From Actinomycetota bacterium (GTDB lineage Bacteria > Actinomycetota > UBA4738 > HRBIN12): a stretch of DNA of 45,976 bases. Positions 8,863 through 16,928 of this stretch are shown one piece after another. Where the stretch lies: contig JBKOUM010000138.1 of assembly GCA_046723385.1 (NCBI GenBank), positions 1 through 45,976 of the forward strand, read 5' to 3'. The position numbers and the translations under genes were made by a program. The notes under the pieces were generated by a model that saw only the letters and a list, made by a program, of their open reading frames with translations, was not told where the DNA came from and ran no database searches. The number at the start of each line of letters is the position of its first letter. Position 1 is the stretch's first letter.

Positions 8863-10632
8863 ATGTTCTTGAGGTCCGTGCCGCTCGTCCGCCCGATCCC
8901 CTATCGGATGCTCGCGGCCGCAGCAGGACTCAGCATCATCTTCGCGCTCTCCGCGACCCCCGGGGATGACGGTGGTTCACCGCATACCCTCATGGTGATC
9001 GTCCGCTCAACGGGTGACGTCGTCGTCGATGCAGACCAGATCGTGGCACCGCTCGGAGGCGCGGTCGTCCGACGGTTGAGCACGATGAACGCCTTCATCG
9101 CGAACATCCCGAGCGACAGGATCGGAACGCTCCTCGAGGCCCCGGGCGTCCTGTCCGTGACGCCGGATGCGGGCGTCCAGCTGCTCGGGACCGTGGACGG
9201 TGTGGATCCGAACAAGCACCCCGGCTCCTGGCTGAAGGTGGCGAAGAACACGAAGCTGCTCGAGATGTGGCAGAGGGGATGGACCGGGAAGGGGGTCGAT
9301 GTCGCGCTGATCGATTCCGGCGTCGCCCCGGTCGAGGGTCTGGCGGTGAACGTGATCAACGGGCCGGACCTCTCCTTCGAGTCCCAAGCATCGAACCTGA
9401 CCGACATCGACACGTACGGTCACGGCACACACCTGGCGGGGCTGATCGCGGGGCGCGACAGCTCGATCCCACCCGGCCACGAGGACGAGGACCTCGACAA
9501 GGCGTTCGTGGGTGCCGCGCCCGGTGCGCGCATCGTGAGCCTGAAGGTGGCCTCGAGCGACGGCGCGACGGACGTCTCACAGGTGATCGCCGCGATCGAC
9601 TGGGTGATCGAGCATCGGAACACGGACGGGCTCAACATCCGAGTGCTGAACCTCTCGTTCGGGACCGACAGCACGCAGGACTACCGGCTCGATCCGCTGG
9701 CGTACGCGGCGGAGGTCGCCTGGCTCCACGGGATCGTCGTGGTGGTCGCGGCCGGGAACACCGGGTTCGGCACGTCGCAGCTGAACGACCCCGCGTACGA
9801 TCCGTACGTGATCGCGGTCGGCGCCGACGACACGAAGGGAACCGACGATCGCAAGGACGACACGATCCCGTCCTGGCAGACGCGTGGCAACAGCGTGCGC
9901 CATCCGGACGTGGTCGCACCCGGCAAGTCGATCGTCAGCCTCCGAGACCCGGGCTCGTTCGTGGACACGGAGAACCCGACGGCTCGGCTGGGCGGGACCC
10001 GCTTCTTCAAGGGAAGCGGATCGTCACAGGCCGCCGCGATCGTCTCCGGCGCGGTGGCGACGCTCCTCCAGCAGCGTCCGGGTCTGAACCCCGATCAGGT
10101 CAAAGCCTTGCTGAAGGACACGGCTTCGCCCCTTCCGGCAGCGGATCCGGTGGCCCAGGGTGACGGGTTGATCAACCTCCACAACGCGCGCGAGGCGACG
10201 CCTCCGACGGCGGCGGACGCCGTACAGGACTGGCCACGGGCGACGGGTCTCGGGTCGCTGCAGCAAGCGCGCGGCTCGGTCATCGCGAGCGATGACGGGG
10301 TGGCGCTCTCCGGCGAGCAGACGATCTTCGGCGACACGTGGGATGCCGCCGCCTGGGCGAGCGCGGCGTGGGACGGCACCAGCTGGTCCGGGGGTTCATG
10401 GAGCGGTCGGACGTGGTCGGGTGACTGCTGGTGTGCGGTCGGTTGGGCCGGCCGGACCTGGTCGGGCCGCACCTGGAGCGGGAACGCGTGGTCCGGGCGC
10501 ACCTGGAGCGGCCGGACCTGGTCGGGGCGGACGTGGAGCGGTGTCGGCTGGTCCGCCGGAGATTGGGGATCGTCCGACTCACCATCTGCCCTGACGTCCA
10601 GCGGCTGGGCCGGCACGCTCTGGGGCGACTGA
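8863..10632 (+). CDS. secreted S8-family serine peptidase (subtilase) with C-terminal Trp-pentad repeat domain
   Basis: GGAGAGGAG SD. Catalytic Asp (VALIDSGV), His (HGTHLAG), oxyanion Asn (LNLSFG) and Ser (GSGSSQAAAIVSG). N-terminal hydrophobic leader. Confidence 0.9.
   Translation: MFLRSVPLVRPIPYRMLAAAAGLSIIFALSATPGDDGGSPHTLMVIVRSTGDVVVDADQIVAPLGGAVVRRLSTMNAFIANIPSDRIGTLLEAPGVLSVTPDAGVQLLGTVDGVDPNKHPGSWLKVAKNTKLLEMWQRGWTGKGVDVALIDSGVAPVEGLAVNVINGPDLSFESQASNLTDIDTYGHGTHLAGLIAGRDSSIPPGHEDEDLDKAFVGAAPGARIVSLKVASSDGATDVSQVIAAIDWVIEHRNTDGLNIRVLNLSFGTDSTQDYRLDPLAYAAEVAWLHGIVVVVAAGNTGFGTSQLNDPAYDPYVIAVGADDTKGTDDRKDDTIPSWQTRGNSVRHPDVVAPGKSIVSLRDPGSFVDTENPTARLGGTRFFKGSGSSQAAAIVSGAVATLLQQRPGLNPDQVKALLKDTASPLPAADPVAQGDGLINLHNAREATPPTAADAVQDWPRATGLGSLQQARGSVIASDDGVALSGEQTIFGDTWDAAAWASAAWDGTSWSGGSWSGRTWSGDCWCAVGWAGRTWSGRTWSGNAWSGRTWSGRTWSGRTWSGVGWSAGDWGSSDSPSALTSSGWAGTLWGD
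10331..10570 (+). repeat. 16 tandem 5-residue (15-nt) x-x-W-x-x repeats, core RTWSG, inside the S8 peptidase gene
   Basis: Translation DTWDA AAWAS AAWDG TSWSG GSWSG RTWSG DCWCA VGWAG RTWSG RTWSG NAWSG RTWSG RTWSG RTWSG VGWSA GDWGS. At the DNA level, about 30-nt units of the form GGCCGGACCTGGTCGGGNCGNACNTGGAGCGG recur. Confidence 0.9.
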
Positions 10633-10636
10633 GCGG

Positions 10637-12613
10637 ATGCCCGGACGTCGCCGTCTCACGCGTGGCCCGTTGCCCGTCTGGATCCTGACGGGCCTGCTCG
10701 CTGCCATCACGGTCGTCGGGCTGGATCGGTTGGCCCAACGCGGTCCGGAACTCTCCGGCCCGTCCGTCCCGTGGTGGGTGCTCGCGATCGCGTTCGGCCT
10801 CGCCGAGGTCTTCGTGATCCACCTGCGGATCGGGCGCGACGCCCAGTCGCTCTCGCTCTCGGAGATCCCCCTCGTCATCGGGTTGGCGTACGCAGCGCCC
10901 CCGGCGCTCGTCCTGGCCCAGGTCGTGGGCGTGGGCGCGGCGCTCACGCTCCACCGACGTCAGACACCGATGCGTACGGCCTTCAACCTCGCCCAGCGAT
11001 CGACGACCACCACGCTCGCGATCGCGCTCTTCGGGGCGCTCCATGCAGAGCTCGGTTCGTCGTGGCCGGCGATCTGGGTCGCGGTTGCGCTGGCGACCGT
11101 CGCCGCTGACCTCGTGTCCGCCCTCCTGATCAATCTCGCGATCATGCTTTCGGAAGGCGGCGCGCGACCGCTGGATCAGGTCGTCGGGTGGGGAACGGTC
11201 TTCGCCGTCGTGAACACGGCGCTCGCCCTCGTCGCGGTGATGATCATGTCCATGGATCGCTTCGGCCTGATCCTGATCGCAGCGCCGGCCGTCGTGACCT
11301 TCCTCGCGGCGCGCGCGGTCGCGCAGCTCCAACGCAAGCACGAGGAGCTCGTATCGCTCCAGAGGTCGATGCAACTGGCTGAGGGATCGCTCGACCTGGA
11401 GCACATGTTGCCGGCACTCCTCGACCACGTCCGAGAGATGTTCCGCGCCGACGTCGCCGAGCTCGTGCTATGGCCGGAAGAGCCCGGTGGCCATCATCTC
11501 GTCACACGATCGGGGCCCGGCGATCGGAGCTGCATCCTGCGGCCGGAGGCGGTCGCGCCCGACCGCGGCGTCTGGGCGCGGGTCGCCTCGGAGCGAGAGG
11601 GCGTGCTCCTGGCCCGCCCCATCCGCAACACCTCCCTCGCCGAGTACTACGCGGGACGCGGGATCATCGACGCGATCGTCGTCCCGATGCTCTCCGATGG
11701 CGATGTCGCGGGGATGCTCACGGTCGCGAACCGACTCGGCGAGTTCGCGACGTTCGACGAGGACGATCTGCGCCTGCTGCAGGTGCTGGCCAACCACGTC
11801 TGCATCTCCGTCCGGAACGGCCGCCTCGTCGAAGAGCTGGGCGCGGCCCTCGAGCATGAGCGGACCGTCGCGAAGCTCAAGGACGACTTCGTCGCGACGA
11901 TCTCGCACGAGCTTCGGACGCCGCTCACCAACGTTCAGGGGTACGTCAAGACGCTCCTCAATCCGGCCGTCTCGTTGTCAGCCGACGAGCGGGAGGAGTT
12001 CCTTTCGGCGGCCGACCGCCAAGCGGAACGCCTGAAGCTGCTCATCGAGGATCTGCTGTTCACGTCCAACATCGAGACGTCAGCGCCTCTCGTCGCGCCG
12101 CGCCTCCTGCCCCTGGGCGAGCTGATCGACCGGATCGTCCGGGATCGAGCCGGTCCAGGCCGCATCGAGCGGATCGAGCTGTCGATCTCACCCGACCTGC
12201 CGGTCGTGCGGATCAGGGACGAAGACGTGTCTCGGCTGATCGGCAACCTCGTGGACAACGCGCTGAAGTACTCGCCCGCGGATGCGCCGGTCCGTGTCCA
12301 GACGCGGGTGGAAAGCGTCGGGGTGCGCGTGTCCGTCCGAGACGGGGGACCGGGGATCCCGGCCGAGGAGCAGGAGCGGATCTTCGAGCGCTTCTATCAG
12401 GTGGACCAGGGGCCCACACGTCGCGTGGGCGGCGCGGGCATGGGGTTGTACATCTGCAAACGAGCGGCCGAGGCTCTGGGTGCGCGCGTGTGGCTGGAGC
12501 GATCGGATCCGGGTGGATCCACGTTCTGTGCCTGGCTGCCGTTCGACGTTCCGGCCGATCGGGACGCTGCAGGAAGCGGCCAGCTCGGGCGCTTGGCGGG
12601 TTCCGTGGCGTGA
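10637..12613 (+). CDS. multi-TM GAF-domain sensor histidine kinase
   Basis: Starts 4 nt after the S8 stop. About 6 N-terminal TM helices and a central GAF-like region. H-box ATISHELRTPLTNVQGY, N-box IGNLVDNALKYS, G-boxes DGGPGIP and GGAGMGLYICK. Confidence 0.9.
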   Translation: MPGRRRLTRGPLPVWILTGLLAAITVVGLDRLAQRGPELSGPSVPWWVLAIAFGLAEVFVIHLRIGRDAQSLSLSEIPLVIGLAYAAPPALVLAQVVGVGAALTLHRRQTPMRTAFNLAQRSTTTTLAIALFGALHAELGSSWPAIWVAVALATVAADLVSALLINLAIMLSEGGARPLDQVVGWGTVFAVVNTALALVAVMIMSMDRFGLILIAAPAVVTFLAARAVAQLQRKHEELVSLQRSMQLAEGSLDLEHMLPALLDHVREMFRADVAELVLWPEEPGGHHLVTRSGPGDRSCILRPEAVAPDRGVWARVASEREGVLLARPIRNTSLAEYYAGRGIIDAIVVPMLSDGDVAGMLTVANRLGEFATFDEDDLRLLQVLANHVCISVRNGRLVEELGAALEHERTVAKLKDDFVATISHELRTPLTNVQGYVKTLLNPAVSLSADEREEFLSAADRQAERLKLLIEDLLFTSNIETSAPLVAPRLLPLGELIDRIVRDRAGPGRIERIELSISPDLPVVRIRDEDVSRLIGNLVDNALKYSPADAPVRVQTRVESVGVRVSVRDGGPGIPAEEQERIFERFYQVDQGPTRRVGGAGMGLYICKRAAEALGARVWLERSDPGGSTFCAWLPFDVPADRDAAGSGQLGRLAGSVA

Positions 12614-12634
12614 GAGGCCGAAGCTCGGTTTGCC

Positions 12635-12730
12635 TACTGACGTCCTGCGCCAGGACGGCATCGATCTCCGCGAGCTCGCACGGGCTCGCCAGCACGTCGA
12701 GATAGGACTACTGTCGAACGCGACGCAGCC
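12635..12730 (-). pseudogene. decayed 3'-terminal relic of a paralogous STAND-cyclase gene
   Basis: The minus-strand translation reads LRRVRQ*SYLDVLASPCELAEIDAVLAQDVS. The intact neighbour's C-terminus reads LQRARGIFERLGAPHELAEIDQLLAQDLAT*. The relic has an in-frame TAG, and the ancestral stop is shifted out of frame (CAGGACGTCAGTAGG versus CAGGACCTCGCCACGTAG). Confidence 0.55.
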
Positions 12731-12935
12731 CCGTACGGTCGGACCGAACCAGCTCGCGCCAGGTGGTCCGCGACCCGGGACACCCGTCGGAACGTGGGGC
12801 CCCCGGGCCTTCGGTCCCCGTGGCGGTGCACAGCCACAGGAGCAGGCTCCCCGGGGGTCGCCGCGTGAGGACATCCACCGCGATCCTCGGTCCGCCGCCG
12901 AGCGCGGTTCGTCGCCAAAGCCCCTTCGCCCGGCG

Positions 12936-15900
12936 CTACGTGGCGAGGTCCTGCGCAAGGAGCTGGTCGATCTCGGCGAGCTCGTGCGGTGCACCGAGCC
13001 TCTCGAAGATCCCGCGCGCGCGTTGCAGGTCGCCGGCCGCCTCGGAGGCGCGCGCGAGCGCGACGAGGCATCGCCCGCGGCCGAGCGCCGCGAACGCCTC
13101 CTCGGGGACGACCCCGAACGCGGCCCAACGGGAGGTCGCGTCGGCGTAGCCGTCGGCGGCGCGCTCCAGGTCCCCGCGGTCTTCGGCGAGCGCGGCGTCG
13201 ACGGCGACCTTCGCGTGCCGGGCGTAGGGGAAGTCCGGCTCCAGCCTGGCGGCGAGGACATCGGCGATGGTTCGCTCTCTGATCGCCAACGCGGCTCGCA
13301 CGAAAGAGGGGAGCCATGCCGCGAACGTTCCCTTCTTCCCGACGGCCGGGGCTGCCGCCACCTCGCCGAGCAGCGCGGCCGCCCGTTCGGTCTCTCCGAG
13401 CGACGCCCAGGCGATCGCGGCGCCTCCTGCCTGGGTGAGGACCTCCGGGGCCCCGGTCGCTCGGGCGCTGACCTCGAGCCAGTCGAGGTCGCCGGCCCGC
13501 TCCGCTTGGCCGCGCAGCGAGAACCCACGAGCTTGCACGGCGCGGGCGGTGATGAGCGACGGGATCACGCTCTCCCGCTCAGCCGCCTCCGCGACGCGAC
13601 GCGAGGCGATGATCGCCTCCTCCAGCTCGCCGAGGTCGATCAGTACGTCCAACGAGCTCCCCTCGCACCACACCGCCAGCGCATCGAGACCTCTCGCGCG
13701 ATCGAAGTCGATCCCCTCGCGGTAGATCTCGAGCGCCACCGTCGGCCCTTCGTAGCCCCAGATCGTCCGCCCGAGGTTGTTGTACAGGGTCCCCGCCTCG
13801 CGACCCTGGCCCGCGTCGATCGCGATCCGGAGCGCCTGCCGCATGTCGTCCAGACCGCCGGCATCGCCGAGTTCGCATCGAGCGAGCCCTCGGTACCCGA
13901 GCGCTCTCGCCGGTGTGGGCGCTTCGATCTCCTCGGCGAGGGCGAGTGCTCGGTCGGCGTCGCGGATCCCCTCCGTCGGCTTGCCCGCGAGCGCCCCCGC
14001 GCGCGCGATCTCGGTCAGAGCACCAACGAGCTCCGGCCCGGGCGGCAGAGGCTCGAGGATCGCGACGGCGTCGTCACCGATCTGGAACGTGCGCGGATCT
14101 CCAAGGGTGCTCATGACCTGGACCAGCGGCAGCATCGTCGCGGCCGCGGCGGCAAGGTCTCCTCGCTCGCGGAACGCGGCGATCGCCTCCCCGAACGCCG
14201 CCTCGGCCTCCTCGGGTCGCCCGCCGTCCAGGACCGCCTGCCCGAACCGAGCAAGGACGTCGGGGCGGTCCGGGTGCCCGGGCGGGGTCAGCGACAGGGC
14301 GCGTTCGAAGTTGGTGAGCGCGGTCGGGGTATCAAGCCCGAGGGCGCGATCGCCGGCGAGGATGAGGAACCGGAGTGTCGAGGCCTCGAGCTCGCTGGAG
14401 TAGTGGTAGGCGAGCACGTCGGCCAGGTCCTCCACGCGGTCGGATGCCTTCGACTCGAGCCACGCGCCGGCGGCGGCGTGGCGCGCCGCCCTGGAGGCCC
14501 GGGGGAGCTGGGCGTACGCCACGTCGCGGGCCAGGATGTGCCAGAACGCGTACTCGGCCTCCCCCTCGATCGAGGATCGACGGCTCGGCCGGACGAGCTC
14601 CTTGCGCGTTAGTTCCCGGAGGGCGTCGACGACGCCGGGCAGGTCGCGATCGCCCATCCGGGCGATCGCGCCCGCCCAGAAGACCTTCCCGACCACGGCC
14701 GCGTCCGCGAGGATCGATTTCATCTCGGGGGTCAGCGTGTCCAGGCGGGCGGCGAGCAGCGCAAGGATCGAGTCCGGGAACGGCACGTCCGCCCCGGGCC
14801 GGAGCTCCCAGCTCTGACCCGTCTTCACGACGAGGTCCCGGTCGCGGAGCAGGCGGACGAACTCCTCGGCGTACAAGGGGTTTCCCTCCGCTCGCTCCAG
14901 GATGGGCCGTTGGAGCTCTGCCGGGAGGATCGTCGCGTCGAGGAGCGAAGAGACCAGGCGTGCGGTCTCGGGCTCCGTGAGCGGCGACAGGTTCATCCGG
15001 TTCGCGTTGCGCAGCCCGGCCGAGTAGTCGGGATGGCGCTCGAACAGCTCGGGCCGCGTGGTGCCCAGGATCAGCAGCGGAACGCGCTCTTCGCGGTCGG
15101 CCAGGTGCTCCAGGAACGCGAGCATCGCTTCGTCCGCCCAATGCAGGTCCTCGAACAGCAGCACCGTCGGGTCTTGGTCGGCGAGGTGCTCCAGGTACCG
15201 CGCCCAGGCCGTGAAGAGCTCCTCGCGGTCGGCGTGTGACTCAGCCTCGATCCCGATCAGGGGCAGCAGCCGCTGGCGGAACCACGCACGGTCGTCCCCC
15301 TGGGGGAGGACCTCGTCGAGCTTGGCCTCCGCGAGCGGCGCGGCGTCCGACTCCAGGATCCCGGCATGCGCCTTCACGATCTCGCCGAGCGCCCAGAACG
15401 TGACGCCTTCGCCGTAGGGCAGGCACCGTCCCTGCCGCCACGTGATCAGCTCGGGCCGCGTATCGAGGTATGCGAACAGCTCCACCATGAGCCGGCTCTT
15501 GCCCAGGCCGGGTTCGCCGACGACCGTGACGAGCTGGGGAGATGAACCCGCGACCGTCTTGTCGAAGATGCCCTTGAGCAGCGCCAGGTCGATCTCGCGG
15601 CCCACGAACGGAGCGTCGTGCGTCCGGATGATGTCGGTGCCGAACCGCGCCCGGGCGGCCGTCGCGTGGAAGATCCGCACCGGCTCGGTCTTCCCCTTCA
15701 GCGCCGCGGGGTCGAGCTCCTCGTAATCGAAGACGGCCGAGGTGGCCTCGTACGTGGCGAGCCCGACGGCCACCCCCATCTCCGGCGCGACCGACTGGAT
15801 CCGCGCCGCGGTGTTGACGGAGTCGCCGCGGAGGAACCCTTCGCCCGAGCCGGGCGCGATCCCCAGGCGGACGAGCGCGTTCCCGGTGTTGATCCCGACG

Positions 15901-16292
15901 CGCAGCCGGAGCGGCCCGCCCCCGACCGCGTGGAGGCCCTCCGCTCCTTCGACGATACGGAGTCCGGCGCGGACCGCGCGTTCGGCGTCGTCCTCATGGG
16001 CGGCCGGCACCCCGAACACGCCCAGGACCGCGTCGCCGATGAACTTCTCGACGACGCCGCCGTAGCTCTCGATCGCCGACCGCGTCATCGCGGAGTAGTC
16101 CGCGAGGACGCGGTCGACGTCCTCGGGGTCGGCCGACTCCGAGGACGCGGTGAAGGCGACCAGGTCGCAGAACAGGGCCGTGACGATCTTCCGTTCTTCG
16201 GCGACCTCCGCGGCGCCGAGCCGGGTCGCGCACTCCATGCAGAACTTCGCGATATCCGGGTTGCGGTGCCCGCAGGAAGGACAGACGACCAT
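12936..16292 (-). CDS. Zn-ribbon / class III cyclase / AAA_16-type STAND ATPase / TPR multidomain protein
   Basis: Start taken at the internal ATG 16292 (MVVCPSCGHRNPDIAKFCMECA). Cyclase motifs LFCDLVAFT, EKFIGDAVLGVFG, GINTG and GDSVNTAARI. Walker A GEPGLGKS and Walker B VLLFEDLHWAD. About 600 aa of helical TPR-like C-terminus. Confidence 0.9.
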   Translation of the reverse strand: MVVCPSCGHRNPDIAKFCMECATRLGAAEVAEERKIVTALFCDLVAFTASSESADPEDVDRVLADYSAMTRSAIESYGGVVEKFIGDAVLGVFGVPAAHEDDAERAVRAGLRIVEGAEGLHAVGGGPLRLRVGINTGNALVRLGIAPGSGEGFLRGDSVNTAARIQSVAPEMGVAVGLATYEATSAVFDYEELDPAALKGKTEPVRIFHATAARARFGTDIIRTHDAPFVGREIDLALLKGIFDKTVAGSSPQLVTVVGEPGLGKSRLMVELFAYLDTRPELITWRQGRCLPYGEGVTFWALGEIVKAHAGILESDAAPLAEAKLDEVLPQGDDRAWFRQRLLPLIGIEAESHADREELFTAWARYLEHLADQDPTVLLFEDLHWADEAMLAFLEHLADREERVPLLILGTTRPELFERHPDYSAGLRNANRMNLSPLTEPETARLVSSLLDATILPAELQRPILERAEGNPLYAEEFVRLLRDRDLVVKTGQSWELRPGADVPFPDSILALLAARLDTLTPEMKSILADAAVVGKVFWAGAIARMGDRDLPGVVDALRELTRKELVRPSRRSSIEGEAEYAFWHILARDVAYAQLPRASRAARHAAAGAWLESKASDRVEDLADVLAYHYSSELEASTLRFLILAGDRALGLDTPTALTNFERALSLTPPGHPDRPDVLARFGQAVLDGGRPEEAEAAFGEAIAAFRERGDLAAAAATMLPLVQVMSTLGDPRTFQIGDDAVAILEPLPPGPELVGALTEIARAGALAGKPTEGIRDADRALALAEEIEAPTPARALGYRGLARCELGDAGGLDDMRQALRIAIDAGQGREAGTLYNNLGRTIWGYEGPTVALEIYREGIDFDRARGLDALAVWCEGSSLDVLIDLGELEEAIIASRRVAEAAERESVIPSLITARAVQARGFSLRGQAERAGDLDWLEVSARATGAPEVLTQAGGAAIAWASLGETERAAALLGEVAAAPAVGKKGTFAAWLPSFVRAALAIRERTIADVLAARLEPDFPYARHAKVAVDAALAEDRGDLERAADGYADATSRWAAFGVVPEEAFAALGRGRCLVALARASEAAGDLQRARGIFERLGAPHELAEIDQLLAQDLAT

Positions 16293-16299
16293 CGGGGGG

Positions 16300-16305
16300 A
16301 ATCTA
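16300..16305 (-). promoter_or_regulatory. putative -10 hexamer (TAGATT) for a leaderless transcript of the STAND-cyclase gene
   Basis: The minus strand reads TAGATT CCCCCCG ATG. This is a TANNNT hexamer 7 nt before the start codon, with no SD present. Confidence 0.3.
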
Positions 16306-16473
16306 CGGGATGGCGGCCAACCTCTCGAGCGATGAGTCCGTGTGTGCGAGGGAGTACTCGCATCCCCGGAAGTCCGATCGCGCGATGCAGGCGATGCTTG
16401 ATGACCACGCTCGAGATCGAGCCGCTGGAGGACGTACAACCAACCGTGACGGCGCGGGCCGTGAAGCCGCCGG

Positions 16474-16830
16474 CTACCCGACGACCACCCTGCCGCACAT
16501 CCCGCTGCACACCCCGTTCACGAGCGAGGAGTGGAACAGGCACCGGAACTTGAAGACGCCGGTCTTCTGGAAGGTGAACGACGTCTGCGCACCCTGCCCG
16601 ATCGTCGTGTTCTTCGACCAGGCTCCCTTCCAAGAGGTGACGGTGTGGGTCCCCGTGACGGACTTCCACACGACCTTGGTTCCCTTCGCGACGCTCACGG
16701 CGCGTGGCTGCCATCTGAACCCGGACGTCGTGCTCACGCCCTTGATCACCACGGCGGCCTGAGCGGGCTGGGCCGCGATTACGCCGATCAGGGTCGCGGC
16801 CAAGGCAAGCGCCAGAACGCGTCGTCGCAT
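16474..16830 (-). CDS. secreted cupredoxin (plastocyanin/azurin-family copper-binding protein)
   Basis: Leader MRRRVLALALAATLIGVIAAQPAQA. Type-1 Cu ligand pattern His (GTHTV) ... FRCLFHSSLVNGVCSGM (Cys, His, Met). Confidence 0.75.
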   Translation of the reverse strand: MRRRVLALALAATLIGVIAAQPAQAAVVIKGVSTTSGFRWQPRAVSVAKGTKVVWKSVTGTHTVTSWKGAWSKNTTIGQGAQTSFTFQKTGVFKFRCLFHSSLVNGVCSGMCGRVVVG

Positions 16831-16928
16831 GTTGGGGCTCCTCCCTCGTCGTCGTCCGTGGGACTACGGGTGACGGGAACCTCCGGTTCATCAACTCGCT
16901 ATGCTCGCTCGGACACGAGGAGGACGGG

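Noticed and set aside
10380-10560. Short-period direct DNA repeats that could be mistaken for a CRISPR array or a VNTR
   Set aside because: The period is 15/30 nt with no spacers. The repeats are entirely in frame inside the S8 peptidase gene and encode the xxWSG pentads. No cas genes are present.
12640-12656. A 7-bp hairpin (CGTCCTG-CGC-CAGGACG) downstream of the kinase gene as an intrinsic terminator
   Set aside because: The stem is short, the loop is only 3 nt and there is no U-tract. It also falls within the relic coding sequence, so the palindrome may be incidental.
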